Positions 47,067 to 56,388 of a DNA stretch of 64,000 bases are shown piece after piece. The translations under genes were made by a program, and so were the position numbers. Every line of letters starts with the position of its first letter. Position 1 is the first letter of the stretch. The DNA comes from an uncultured Candidatus Saccharibacteria bacterium (GTDB lineage Bacteria; Patescibacteriota; Dojkabacteria; J137), in assembly GCA_964607415.1 (NCBI GenBank), contig CAZSKK010000002.1, positions 288,585 through 352,584 of the forward strand. The letters run 5' to 3'. The notes under the pieces are model-generated. The model saw nothing but the letters and a program-made list of their open reading frames with translations. It made no database searches and was not told the origin of the DNA.

Positions 47067-47087
47067 TTGAAGAATTAGAATAAAAAA

Positions 47088-47116
47088 GGGTTTCGACTAT
47101 GTCGAAACCCTTTTTT
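47088..47116. terminator. rho-independent bidirectional terminator
   Basis: AAAAAA-GGGTTTCGAC-TATG-TCGAAACCC-TTTTTT between convergent genes. Confidence 0.7.
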
Positions 47117-47197
47117 GATTTTATTACTTCCAATCTTAATAAAGTTTGTAAGCTAGTAATAGTTTGGCAATTTTATGAAAACAATAATAGTCATACT

Positions 47198-47626
47198 TTA
47201 AGCTACAGCTATGACAGCTCCCATCATTAAGTAGATAATCAAACTATAACCAGATTCCACTGCCCAAAGCTTTTTTCTTGCCATTCTAAATAAAGTATTT
47301 GAAAAAGATGCAATTACGACTAAAAGCCACAGCATAAATCCCGTTAATAAACCGGCAGGAACTTCTTTTAATTGATTAATAGTTCCAACATAAGGAACTA
47401 AAATAGCTATAATCACTGCTGTTATTAGATTTAGAAGAACAGTTATGAATAAGGGCATCATGCTAGCTTCTTTCATCTGTTTTTCTGTAAGGCCCACCAA
47501 TTTAATCCATAATTTCCCTGTAGGCACATTGGGCATATAGTAAACAAAACCCACCACCATAGAAAGAACTGTTGCGATTAAAACCACAAGAACATTTACT
47601 TCGGACTCTAGGATTGTTATATCCAT
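47198..47626 (-). CDS. hypothetical membrane protein (4 TM, DUF1761-like)
   Basis: 142 aa, four hydrophobic helices; weak similarity only. Confidence 0.4.
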   Translation of the reverse strand: MDITILESEVNVLVVLIATVLSMVVGFVYYMPNVPTGKLWIKLVGLTEKQMKEASMMPLFITVLLNLITAVIIAILVPYVGTINQLKEVPAGLLTGFMLWLLVVIASFSNTLFRMARKKLWAVESGYSLIIYLMMGAVIAVA

Positions 47627-47733
47627 TAGAAAAAAGTTAAAAAGTAAAAGTGTTATTTATAGAATAAACGATGAAATAACATTGTACAAGAAGGCATGTT
47701 AAAATAAGCCTAATAATTATTTAGTTTGCGTAA

Positions 47734-48480
47734 ATGAATATCATAATTAATAGTTGGCCATCGACAGGCGGAACTACCGTCGGTCTTTTGTTAAGCTATT
47801 TTCTAGGCTATAAACACCTGGACTCGTCTGAAGCATTTAAACTTTTAGCTTCAGAGGTATACGGAGCTAACAATTTGCAAGCATACGGTAGATTTGAAAT
47901 AGATTTTGGAGCTTATTGGGATAAAATCTGGGAAAATTACATTCTATGGAAAATCAAAAATGATGATGAGGTTGTTATAAGTGGGAGAATCACAGGCTTT
48001 TTTGCTGAGGATATAGAAAATCTGATAGAGATAATGCTGATTGCAAACACACAGGCAAGAATAGGCAGATCGGGAAATAAACGCACATATGTTGCAGAAC
48101 AGGATAATTTTACCAGACAACGATGGTTTACCAGATACAATATAGATCTATTTAATCTTTCCCAAATAGAGCTAAACTATGATTTGATTATAGATAATAG
48201 CTACATGAAGCCTGGCGAGGAACTATTTGATATCTTCGAATTTTTAAAACAGAACGAATTTTTTAATGATTTGCAATATAGTGACGAAACAGATACTAGG
48301 GTTTTAGATATTGTTCAAAATTTTTCTAAATATGGAATTCGGTTTTTTCTTAACAAGCAAGCCCAAGAAGGAAAAATTGTTCATCCTGCACAAGTTTTAA
48401 AAGAATGGAATAAACACTTTAAAAAAGAAATTGATGTTTTGCCAGAGCCTTTCAGAATGGTAGTAAAGAAATATCAATAG
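47734..48480 (+). CDS. cytidylate-kinase-like protein with degenerate Walker A (likely non-catalytic)
   Basis: N-terminus IINSWPSTGGTTVGLLLSYFLGYKHLDSSEAFK aligns with Cmk IDGPSGAGKGT...LDSGAIYR but lacks the P-loop Lys. Confidence 0.35.
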   Translation: MNIIINSWPSTGGTTVGLLLSYFLGYKHLDSSEAFKLLASEVYGANNLQAYGRFEIDFGAYWDKIWENYILWKIKNDDEVVISGRITGFFAEDIENLIEIMLIANTQARIGRSGNKRTYVAEQDNFTRQRWFTRYNIDLFNLSQIELNYDLIIDNSYMKPGEELFDIFEFLKQNEFFNDLQYSDETDTRVLDIVQNFSKYGIRFFLNKQAQEGKIVHPAQVLKEWNKHFKKEIDVLPEPFRMVVKKYQ

Positions 48481-48502
48481 AGTAGGAGCTTAAAGAGGTT
48501 AT

Positions 48503-48793
48503 TTATAAACTAAGAATTATTAAAAGTGCAAAGCCTATACAAATAAGTCCATAAATCCAGGCAAATTTAGCTCCAACTTCTACAAACTCTCTTCTTTTTA
48601 CAAATTTTTTTGTAAAAATTACAACAAGGCCTTCTAATACAAACCAGATAGATATAATTACACCTAGTAGTTTTTCTATTTGACGATCTTCAGAAAGTTT
48701 TATTATAAGCACAGAAACAGGAACGACGATTAAAAGCCCTAATAACACAATAAGGTGAGCTAGTTGTGATTTACTTAGATTTTTCATAAACAC
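48503..48793 (-). CDS. small hypothetical membrane protein
   Basis: 96 aa, 3 TM helices; overlaps the tsaC-tsaE start by 23 nt. Confidence 0.3.
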   Translation of the reverse strand: MFMKNLSKSQLAHLIVLLGLLIVVPVSVLIIKLSEDRQIEKLLGVIISIWFVLEGLVVIFTKKFVKRREFVEVGAKFAWIYGLICIGFALLIILSL

Positions 48794-49886
48794 TAATTTT
48801 TCTAGAGTTCTCAGAAAGGACTTTTAATTTTACAATATAAATCTTTGTTTTTTCAAACTTAAAATCCAAAGCACTCATTACTGAAGGCCATTCTATTGAA
48901 ACAATATTATCTTTTTTAAGATAGCTTTTTAGATTTAAAGTTTCTAAATCTTGTTTTGATTTAATCCTCCAGGCATCTATATGAATTAGTTTACCTTCAT
49001 GATATTTCACTGAATAATTATATTCATTTAAATAAATGTAGGTTGGAGATTTAATAATCCGATCTATTTCCAAAAATTTTCCAAAACCTTTTGTAACTTG
49101 TGTTTTGCCGGCTCCAAGTTCACCATCTAAAAGAATAATTATTGGATTAGATGATTTATTAAGATTGATAATTTCTGATAAAATTTCACTTCCAGCTTGA
49201 ATTGTTTGCTCAGCTGAACTTGTTGTAAATTCAGCGATTTTATTTAAACCTTCTCTATCATTAGAGTTTACATGAGCTTTATTGCCAAGCATTATGTTAC
49301 CATGGCGGTAGGCGGTTAACTCATCAGTGGTAGTATCTATTACAGTAGATGGTGGGTTATGTGGAAGCTGACTTGCATCAATAATCAATCCAATCATTTT
49401 TCTTTGTTTTTCTGAAATATTTTGCAAAATATCTTCAATGTTATAAGGTGTTTTTTTGCCTGCAGAATTTGCAGATGTTGATGTGACCGGTTTTTTGAAT
49501 TTATTCAAAAGCTTTAGTATAAAATCATAATCTGGAATTCTTATACCCAATGTTCCTTTTTCGGATTCAAGTCTTTTATCAACCAAATTTTTTGATTTTG
49601 AAATTATGGTTACTGGCCCTGGAAGAAAATTTGAATAAATGTTTTTTGCAGTATCGTTAATTTCTACGATAGTTTCCGCCATATCTTTATTTGCGACTGC
49701 AACACTAATTGCTTTACCTTCGGGTCTTTTTTTATATTTTAGAACTTTTGTAACAGCATTCGAGTTAGTTGCATCTACGCCAACGCCATAACAGGTCTCC
49801 GTTGGATAAATTACAATTTCACCATTATTTAAATACTCAATTGCTTTGTTAATAGCTTTTGGATTTTTAATATCAACTATTTCCAT
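48771..49886 (-). CDS. Fusion: L-threonylcarbamoyladenylate synthase (TsaC/YrdC/Sua5) N-terminal domain plus TsaE (YjeE) P-loop ATPase C-terminal domain, t6A37 tRNA modification
   Basis: YrdC-fold motifs (IVIYPTETCYGVGVDA, KKRPEGKAISV, TSTSANSAGK) followed by TsaE Walker A IILLDGELGAGKTQVTKGF and C-terminal TsaE pattern. Confidence 0.75.
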   Translation of the reverse strand: MEIVDIKNPKAINKAIEYLNNGEIVIYPTETCYGVGVDATNSNAVTKVLKYKKRPEGKAISVAVANKDMAETIVEINDTAKNIYSNFLPGPVTIISKSKNLVDKRLESEKGTLGIRIPDYDFILKLLNKFKKPVTSTSANSAGKKTPYNIEDILQNISEKQRKMIGLIIDASQLPHNPPSTVIDTTTDELTAYRHGNIMLGNKAHVNSNDREGLNKIAEFTTSSAEQTIQAGSEILSEIINLNKSSNPIIILLDGELGAGKTQVTKGFGKFLEIDRIIKSPTYIYLNEYNYSVKYHEGKLIHIDAWRIKSKQDLETLNLKSYLKKDNIVSIEWPSVMSALDFKFEKTKIYIVKLKVLSENSRKISVYEKSK

Positions 49887-49891
49887 GAAGA

Positions 49892-50524
49892 TTAGTTAGA
49901 TTTTCTCGTTTTTACGAAGAATAAAGACATAGACCAGAATCCGCTTGAGATCATCAAAGTGCCCATTCCTACCATAACTAAATCAAAGTATTTTTCACTT
50001 ATATTTGCAATTAAACCTGCAGCTAAGCTAAAAATTACTATAGAAAGGCTCATTACTGTATCATAAGCGCCATATTCCAATCCTTCCTTGCCAGAATCAA
50101 GGTTTTTTGCAAACAATTTTCTCCAGTTTACAAGATTCATTGCAGAACCTAGTCCAATGAAAAATTGTAATACAAAGAATAAAAGTGGTGAGGAAATTAA
50201 AGGATAAAATAGAAATGGTGCACCCATAAATAAATTCCCTGCTGTTAAAAACAGAATATCATCCCTATCTTTTTTAATTCGATCGGTAATTATTCCAACA
50301 GGAATTTGGAACCCTCCTTTTGCAAGGTTATAAATTGCAACTCCAACTCCAACAATTTCAACTGCATTTTCGTCTAATTTAGTTGCTAGGTAAAGTCCAG
50401 CAAGACTTGTAATTACAAGGTATAACCCCCAAGTAAAAATATCAGAAAGGGTTAAAAAAGCTATTACTTTATTAATTTTAAAATCTTTTTCTTTTTGTAA
50501 GTAAGTTTTCTTTTCGGTTGACAT
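49892..50524 (-). CDS. hypothetical membrane protein (6 TM, MFS-half-like)
   Basis: 210 aa, six hydrophobic helices; first gene of a block of five uncharacterised genes. Confidence 0.35.
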   Translation of the reverse strand: MSTEKKTYLQKEKDFKINKVIAFLTLSDIFTWGLYLVITSLAGLYLATKLDENAVEIVGVGVAIYNLAKGGFQIPVGIITDRIKKDRDDILFLTAGNLFMGAPFLFYPLISSPLLFFVLQFFIGLGSAMNLVNWRKLFAKNLDSGKEGLEYGAYDTVMSLSIVIFSLAAGLIANISEKYFDLVMVGMGTLMISSGFWSMSLFFVKTRKSN

Positions 50525-50569
50525 TATAAGTTATTATAATTGATTTTTTGGTTTAGAGCGAAAGTGTAC

Positions 50570-51226
50570 TTAAACCATTTTCAAAAACTGTTGCATTTTT
50601 ATTTTAAAAGATGCTCCAACTGAACTAATTCGTGGATCATACTTTTTATTTACAGAGTGAATGGCCTTAAAATCTTTTCCCTTTGGGAATATTCCTAGCT
50701 CTAATTGTGCTCCGCTGCCAATATACAAGTTAACTGCGGCAATGTTATAGTTGATTATTTGTTCTTTCCCATTAACTAGTCCTGGAACTTTTTGGTAAAG
50801 ATTCAAGGCTACTTTATAGAAAGTACCATTATCTTCACCCACGCCATTACTAAATGCAATACTTACTCTATATGGAACTTCTCCTACAACAGATTTATAT
50901 ACAAACAAAACTCTTTTATTGTAAAAATCAATTATTAATTTGTCAAAATCCATGTCTCGAAATCCTTTCTCTGCATTTTCAGCTATAAATTCGAATGGCT
51001 CCTTTGAAGAAATGTTTGATGAAGGTAAGGCCTTGTTTACAAGCTCCGCTATTGTTTTAAAGCTTTCAGTCTGAGATGTAAGTAGTTCAACCAATGAATT
51101 AATCGTTTCTTTCCCTTTTTCAGACAATTGAACTTTCTGTGGGCGCTCCTTTGTCACTTTTTCATAGACTTTATCAAATATATCGTCAGGCATACAAATA
51201 ACACTATCTAATTCGGGCTCATCCAT
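50570..51226 (-). CDS. hypothetical soluble protein
   Basis: 218 aa, no recognisable motifs. Confidence 0.35.
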   Translation of the reverse strand: MDEPELDSVICMPDDIFDKVYEKVTKERPQKVQLSEKGKETINSLVELLTSQTESFKTIAELVNKALPSSNISSKEPFEFIAENAEKGFRDMDFDKLIIDFYNKRVLFVYKSVVGEVPYRVSIAFSNGVGEDNGTFYKVALNLYQKVPGLVNGKEQIINYNIAAVNLYIGSGAQLELGIFPKGKDFKAIHSVNKKYDPRISSVGASFKIKMQQFLKMV

Positions 51227-51279
51227 ATAAAAAATTTGAAAATTACAGGATTATAGCAGCATAAATTTAGAAGTATCAA

Positions 51280-52305
51280 TCATTTTCTGTTTTGATATCT
51301 TTCAATGAGAAGAATTAATATGATATCTATGATTGTAAAAATTGCTGTACTAAATTGATCAAAATAAAAGCTGAAAATATCTACAACAGCAACATTCAAA
51401 ATAAGTGCAAGTTGAATGTAATCCAATCGTCTCTTATTTTGGGTGCTGATTGAATAAAGCAAAACTATAGCAATAGCAAAACTCAAGATATTTCTTGAAT
51501 AAAAAAGCACAAGTTCTGTTGCCAGCAATCCATGCAATTCTTTAATTTGTAAGAATTCATAATCCTTAATTTCAGGAAAAATTGTGATTAATAAAAGCAC
51601 TAATGTTTGGATAATTGAACTAAATGCCCTAAGAACCAAGAATATGGTTAAAGTTTTAAGAAAATGTGTATTTTTTATTATTGTGTCAGTAAATCTATTT
51701 GCTTGTAGTTCTATTTTTTCAAAAAAGTTAGGTGTTTCGTTAAATCCATTTTCTTGAACTATTTCCATTAACAATTTAGCAAGCTTAACTTCCTCTTTGC
51801 TTTTTGAGCTTTTAACAATTTTGTTTAGTTTTAAAGTTAAATTTTCATATTCAGATTTAGAAATTTTCTTTTGGGGATTAATTTCAAAAAGTTCCAGTAT
51901 ATCGTTTAGATTTGAAGTTGAGTTTGTTTTTGATTTTTTCTGAATATAAAAAAAGTAAAGAAGATTTAGTAAAAAAGTGATGTATATGATTGGTGCAGCT
52001 GGTTTATAAAAGTAATCATTGTTTGCTGTTATAAATTTGCCAACTTCGTCAATAAATAGTCCCCAGCCAATTCCCGCCAGTATTGATACAAAATTTAAAA
52101 CGTTTTTGCCTTTATACAAAACGGCAAGGTAAGTTGCAATCAGTAAAGCAACGCCGCCCCAAAGAACGTGTGCAATATGAAGGCCAAGGCCAGCAATTTG
52201 AGGATAGCTTGTAATTTCTAAAAATATTCTGGTTACAATAATTGTGCTTGCTGCAGAAATTACTATAACTAAAAAGTAGTGTTGTGCTTTAGAGCGTAGG
52301 GTCAT
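51280..52305 (-). CDS. hypothetical polytopic membrane protein
   Basis: 341 aa; N-terminal 4 TM, central soluble Lys-rich insert, C-terminal 4 TM. Confidence 0.35.
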   Translation of the reverse strand: MTLRSKAQHYFLVIVISAASTIIVTRIFLEITSYPQIAGLGLHIAHVLWGGVALLIATYLAVLYKGKNVLNFVSILAGIGWGLFIDEVGKFITANNDYFYKPAAPIIYITFLLNLLYFFYIQKKSKTNSTSNLNDILELFEINPQKKISKSEYENLTLKLNKIVKSSKSKEEVKLAKLLMEIVQENGFNETPNFFEKIELQANRFTDTIIKNTHFLKTLTIFLVLRAFSSIIQTLVLLLITIFPEIKDYEFLQIKELHGLLATELVLFYSRNILSFAIAIVLLYSISTQNKRRLDYIQLALILNVAVVDIFSFYFDQFSTAIFTIIDIILILLIERYQNRK

Positions 52306-52306
52306 G

Positions 52307-52933
52307 CTAGCTACTTAAGTTATTAGTGGCATAGTTATGCCAATTTACTTCTGTCTGAACTAAATTTGTTAATTTCTCAAGTGTACCATATCCGATTGAA
52401 CCAATAAAAATAGTGACCTCACGAGCTTCATCATAGGAGTCCAGTTGAGCGGTCTGTACAAATAACACTCCGGGTAAGGCACCTTTGATAAAGAAGTTTG
52501 TACTATCTTTGGCTAACTCTATGGGTATAGCTTCGTCATTTAAGCAATAGATAAGATCTTCTTGTACGGATTTAATGTATAAGTGCTCAAGATCTATGTT
52601 GGGAGTAGTAAGAATATGTTGAGCAACAATATTTGAGTAGAAATAAACGAGACGAGAAACACTTGCTATTTTCTCTTGAGGTGATAAATTTTTTACACCA
52701 TCAGGCTTTTCTAATAGATCTTCTACAAACTTTGTTATTTCATTACTTGCTTCTTTAAAAAAATCACACAAAGTGTCGTAGTCAAATGTACTGTCCTTAA
52801 AAAATACTTCAAATCCTGAATCAGGATAGAATTGTATCACAAAACGTTTGTCCTCAGTGTAATTGAAAAAAATATTAAAGGAGTCAGCGGAAGCTATTTG
52901 TCCTAGGGTACTTTGAATTATTTGATCGCCCAT
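52307..52933 (-). CDS. hypothetical soluble protein
   Basis: 208 aa; 2-nt gap to the downstream gene and 16-nt overlap with the upstream gene imply translational coupling. Confidence 0.35.
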   Translation of the reverse strand: MGDQIIQSTLGQIASADSFNIFFNYTEDKRFVIQFYPDSGFEVFFKDSTFDYDTLCDFFKEASNEITKFVEDLLEKPDGVKNLSPQEKIASVSRLVYFYSNIVAQHILTTPNIDLEHLYIKSVQEDLIYCLNDEAIPIELAKDSTNFFIKGALPGVLFVQTAQLDSYDEAREVTIFIGSIGYGTLEKLTNLVQTEVNWHNYATNNLSS

Positions 52934-54231
52934 GTATGTAAATATAATCTTAAACTTGTATTATCGATTGGAATGTCTCCAATCCAATAAGCTAACATTG
53001 ATTTTACGCAAATCATAACAAGAATGAAGCTTAAAAAACAGAAGATTATTTTAAATTTCCGATTTTTTATAAAACTTAAAACTGATGCGTAAAAAATTGC
53101 AAAAAAGGGAAGTGCTTCAATAAATGCTCTGTGGCCAAAACTGCCTCCATATGGCCAATGCCACCAGCTTGAAATAGTGTATATATGAATTATTAAAATA
53201 AAAATTATCGGAAGCCAGAAATTTTTAATATATTTTCTTGAAAGATAAATTCCAGGAATTGATAGCAAAAGTACTGGTGCCCAGAAGAAAAAACCTTTCC
53301 TAACGCTAAGTAGAACATTAAAAATTTCTGGCTTAAGTAAATTTGTAAAGCCTTCGCCTGGTTCGTAAGGGAACGTTATGAATTTGCCAGTTACATATTT
53401 CCAATAAAGCATTTGTGGGACCAGTAGTAAGAAACCAGAGACAAGAATTACGAGTATGTGTTTGTAATTTTTTTTGTAAAGCTTAAGCCTTTGTGTTGCA
53501 TCTTTTATATTTAGGATTTCGTAAAGAGGGAAGAGTAGTAGGAATATAGCATTTGTTGGTCGCACAAGAATTATCAATCCCGAAATTAAGCCCAGTAATA
53601 AAGTCTTTTTCAAATTTATCTTTGAATACCAACTTTCGACAATGTTTAAAAATGCCGAAATTAAAAAGAACGAATATACATGGCTAAAAATTGAATCATA
53701 AGTACCATAATGGAATAAATTAGTTCCAAAAGTGATTATGAAAAGCGTAAAGTAAGTAGTTTTTTCTGAAAATCTTTTAATTAAAAATCTTTTTAGTAAA
53801 TATAACCCGAAAAGAAAGTAAAACATGCCGGAAAAACCTGCTGAAAGTTGATAAAATGCTCCAAATCCACCTTCTTTATCAACTCCAGTTATAAAGGATG
53901 CAAAGTGTGCAATAAAGAAAAATGGAGCCATTAAAACTGCAACTCCAATTGGATATTTATCAATTCTTTTTCCTGAATCTTTGTAAACATAAATCCCAGC
54001 ATAACTATTAGGAATTTCTGGTTCATCCTTCAACTTTTCTTCAATTAATGAATTCATTGATAAATCTTTATGAACAAAAATTGCTGGAAGATACGAGTAG
54101 TAGCCAATTCCATCAGATCTAATTGGTGGAAAGTTTAAACGAGTCTGATAAATCCAAAAAACGGAAAGGAATGAAAGAATAAATAGTGTTAGGGAAAATA
54201 CTAGGTCTTTTTTATGAGATTTAAGATTCAT
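52918..54231 (-). CDS. polytopic membrane protein, possible GT-C-fold glycosyltransferase (ArnT/PMT-like)
   Basis: 437 aa, more than 10 TM helices, first extracytoplasmic loop RSDGIGYYSYLP reminiscent of GT-C acidic-loop architecture; weak. Confidence 0.4.
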   Translation of the reverse strand: MNLKSHKKDLVFSLTLFILSFLSVFWIYQTRLNFPPIRSDGIGYYSYLPAIFVHKDLSMNSLIEEKLKDEPEIPNSYAGIYVYKDSGKRIDKYPIGVAVLMAPFFFIAHFASFITGVDKEGGFGAFYQLSAGFSGMFYFLFGLYLLKRFLIKRFSEKTTYFTLFIITFGTNLFHYGTYDSIFSHVYSFFLISAFLNIVESWYSKINLKKTLLLGLISGLIILVRPTNAIFLLLFPLYEILNIKDATQRLKLYKKNYKHILVILVSGFLLLVPQMLYWKYVTGKFITFPYEPGEGFTNLLKPEIFNVLLSVRKGFFFWAPVLLLSIPGIYLSRKYIKNFWLPIIFILIIHIYTISSWWHWPYGGSFGHRAFIEALPFFAIFYASVLSFIKNRKFKIIFCFLSFILVMICVKSMLAYWIGDIPIDNTSLRLYLHTWAIK

Positions 54232-54337
54232 GATTCAAGAATTTAGAATAGAAAAAAGTAATACAGTAGACATTCAATGGTAATTCATTGAAGAACAACT
54301 AAAGATCTAATGGTCTAATCGATTCCCCGCTATCAGG

Positions 54338-54904
54338 TTACAGTAGCATCTGTTTTTGAATATCCATCATTAATTTTTCCATTAGCTCAGGATAAATTTC
54401 TAAACCTTTTTCAGTTTTAATTCTATCTGAAAAAGTTTCTTCCCAAAGCTCATACATTTTAAGCCATTCAGACTCAAGGTATTTTTCTTTTAAATGATTA
54501 ATATCAAGTTTACTTAAGTTATCCGCATCAACAATTATTTCTTCATCTGGATTGCTAGATTCGTGACTATCACAAGCCTTAACTAATCGTATAATAGTTA
54601 ACACATCTTGCTCAGTCAGATGCTCATCTGCTCTTAAAACTTTTCTAATCAACCCTTCAGATTGATTATTTGCTTGAGGCTCAAACTTTTTTAGTTCTTC
54701 TTTTGTAATTTTTTTATCTTTGGAGATTATTTTATACCAACCAATATCATGAATGTATGCAGCTCTGATTAAAAGAGCTAAGTCAGAAGTTTCGCTTGCT
54801 AATTCTTTAACCCACTTTACAACTCTTTGGCAGTGTTTCCAATCTCCTGGCCTGCAAAGATCAATGTAGGGTTTAACGAGTTTTATAAAAGAGTCTTCGT
54901 TCAT
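54338..54904 (-). CDS. HD-domain phosphohydrolase
   Basis: H...HD motif (AAYIHDIGW) and downstream His/Asp ligands; 188 aa. Confidence 0.7.
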   Translation of the reverse strand: MNEDSFIKLVKPYIDLCRPGDWKHCQRVVKWVKELASETSDLALLIRAAYIHDIGWYKIISKDKKITKEELKKFEPQANNQSEGLIRKVLRADEHLTEQDVLTIIRLVKACDSHESSNPDEEIIVDADNLSKLDINHLKEKYLESEWLKMYELWEETFSDRIKTEKGLEIYPELMEKLMMDIQKQMLL

Positions 54905-54913
54905 TTGTTGTCA

Positions 54914-54993
54914 TTCCGGATTTAGTCCGGAATATAACTTTAGATTAGGTAATGCTTTACAATTAGATGCTGAATCAAGTTCAGCATGACGCC
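54914..54993. repeat. pair of hairpin repeats (TTCCGGA-TTTAG-TCCGGAA and GCTGAA-TCAAGT-TCAGC followed by ATGACGCC), same family as 287-312
   Basis: The loop plus tail ATCAAGT...ATGACGCC at 54969-54993 matches 297-312 exactly; the stem TTCCGGA matches 287-293. Confidence 0.35.
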
Positions 54994-55015
54994 AAGAGCG
55001 AGATGACAGATGAAC

Positions 55016-56281
55016 TTATCCCACAATCACTTCTTTAAATTTTTCTTGAATAAAATATTGATTTGCAAGATCGCGGATTTCCTCGGCTGTAATATTATTT
55101 AAAGCTTTTAAAATCTTATCGTAATATTCGTAATCTTGATTATAATTCTTGATTGCAATAAAAGCATCCATTAGTTTGAAAGGCCCATCAATCATTTGCA
55201 AGAACATTCCAAGCATATAGTTTTTAACTTTATTTAATTCTTCTTCTGAAACAAGCTCAGATTTAAGTCTATCCATTTCTTTGTAGATTTGATCAATTGC
55301 TAGATTTACAGATTCTTTTTTAAGCTCAGTTTTTACTCTGAATATTCCTTCGTTTTCAAAACTTTTAAATTCGCTGTAAATTCCGTAGGTAAGGCCTTTC
55401 TCTACCCTTATATTTAGCATCAGCCTTGAGCTTAAAGATGGTCCACCTAAAATATGATTTAAAATTCTAATCTTTGGATAATCTTCGTGAAGTTTATTTA
55501 TAGAAATATTCCCAATGTTGATTGCAGATTGCACTGAATCTTTTTTATGAATATTGATTTTTGTCTGTGTAATCGATTTAAAGTCATGTTTAGGATTTTG
55601 TTTTATATAATTTTTGCTCCAATTATTTTTCCCAAATATATCATTAATTTTATTGATTAAATTTTTATTAAATTTTCCAGCAAGAACAATATAAACATTT
55701 TGTGAAGTCAGAAACTTATTAAAGAATTCTTGTAAATCTGATTGATTAAGTTTTTTTAAATTATCAGTTGTTTCATAAAAACCATAAGGATGCTTTGTTC
55801 CAAACAAAACTTCCATAAATTTTAAACTTCCAAAACTGGAAACATTTTCATCTCGATTTTTAATTGATTGAGAGTTTAGTTCAACTAAAGTAGAAAATTC
55901 TTTTTTGGGAAAACAACTTTCGGTTAAAAGCTCAAAAAGTAAGGAAAAAGAATTTTCAATTCTTTCAGATAAACCGCTTATAGAAACTTCAATTCTATCT
56001 TCTGATTGTTCTGTCTGAAAACTAACTCCATTGCTTTCAAAAAGTTCATTTATCTCTTTATTCTTCTTTGAATCAGTTCCTTCATTTAACATTTGGCTAA
56101 CAAGATTTGAAACCATTGCTTTTTCTTCAAACCAATTTCCTGCAGAAAAAATTAAACTTAACTTTGAAACTTCAATTGAACCAGTGTTCAAGTAGAAAAG
56201 CTCGATACCGTTATCAAGAGTAAACTTTTCTGGTTCAATAATTTTTAAGTTTTTTATTTGTTTTGGTTCTGGTAGTTTCAT
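55016..56281 (-). CDS. M16-family peptidase, non-catalytic partner subunit (no HxxEH)
   Basis: 421 aa with the M16 fold signature but no inverted zincin motif. Confidence 0.7.
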   Translation of the reverse strand: MKLPEPKQIKNLKIIEPEKFTLDNGIELFYLNTGSIEVSKLSLIFSAGNWFEEKAMVSNLVSQMLNEGTDSKKNKEINELFESNGVSFQTEQSEDRIEVSISGLSERIENSFSLLFELLTESCFPKKEFSTLVELNSQSIKNRDENVSSFGSLKFMEVLFGTKHPYGFYETTDNLKKLNQSDLQEFFNKFLTSQNVYIVLAGKFNKNLINKINDIFGKNNWSKNYIKQNPKHDFKSITQTKINIHKKDSVQSAINIGNISINKLHEDYPKIRILNHILGGPSLSSRLMLNIRVEKGLTYGIYSEFKSFENEGIFRVKTELKKESVNLAIDQIYKEMDRLKSELVSEEELNKVKNYMLGMFLQMIDGPFKLMDAFIAIKNYNQDYEYYDKILKALNNITAEEIRDLANQYFIQEKFKEVIVG

Positions 56282-56320
56282 GTTTAGCTAAACACCTCCC
56301 TTAATCCTGAGACAGCATAT

Positions 56321-56373
56321 TATGCTGTCGAATGGAGCTATTTTAGTCTCACTCAAATGCACAATGTGCATTT
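56321..56373. repeat. two perfect hairpins in the M16-M16 spacer (GACAGCATATTATGCTGTC; AAATGCACAATGTGCATTT)
   Basis: 9-bp stems; CTGTCGAA tail is shared with the element at 60870. Confidence 0.3.
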
Positions 56374-56388
56374 TCGGGAGTTATAAAG

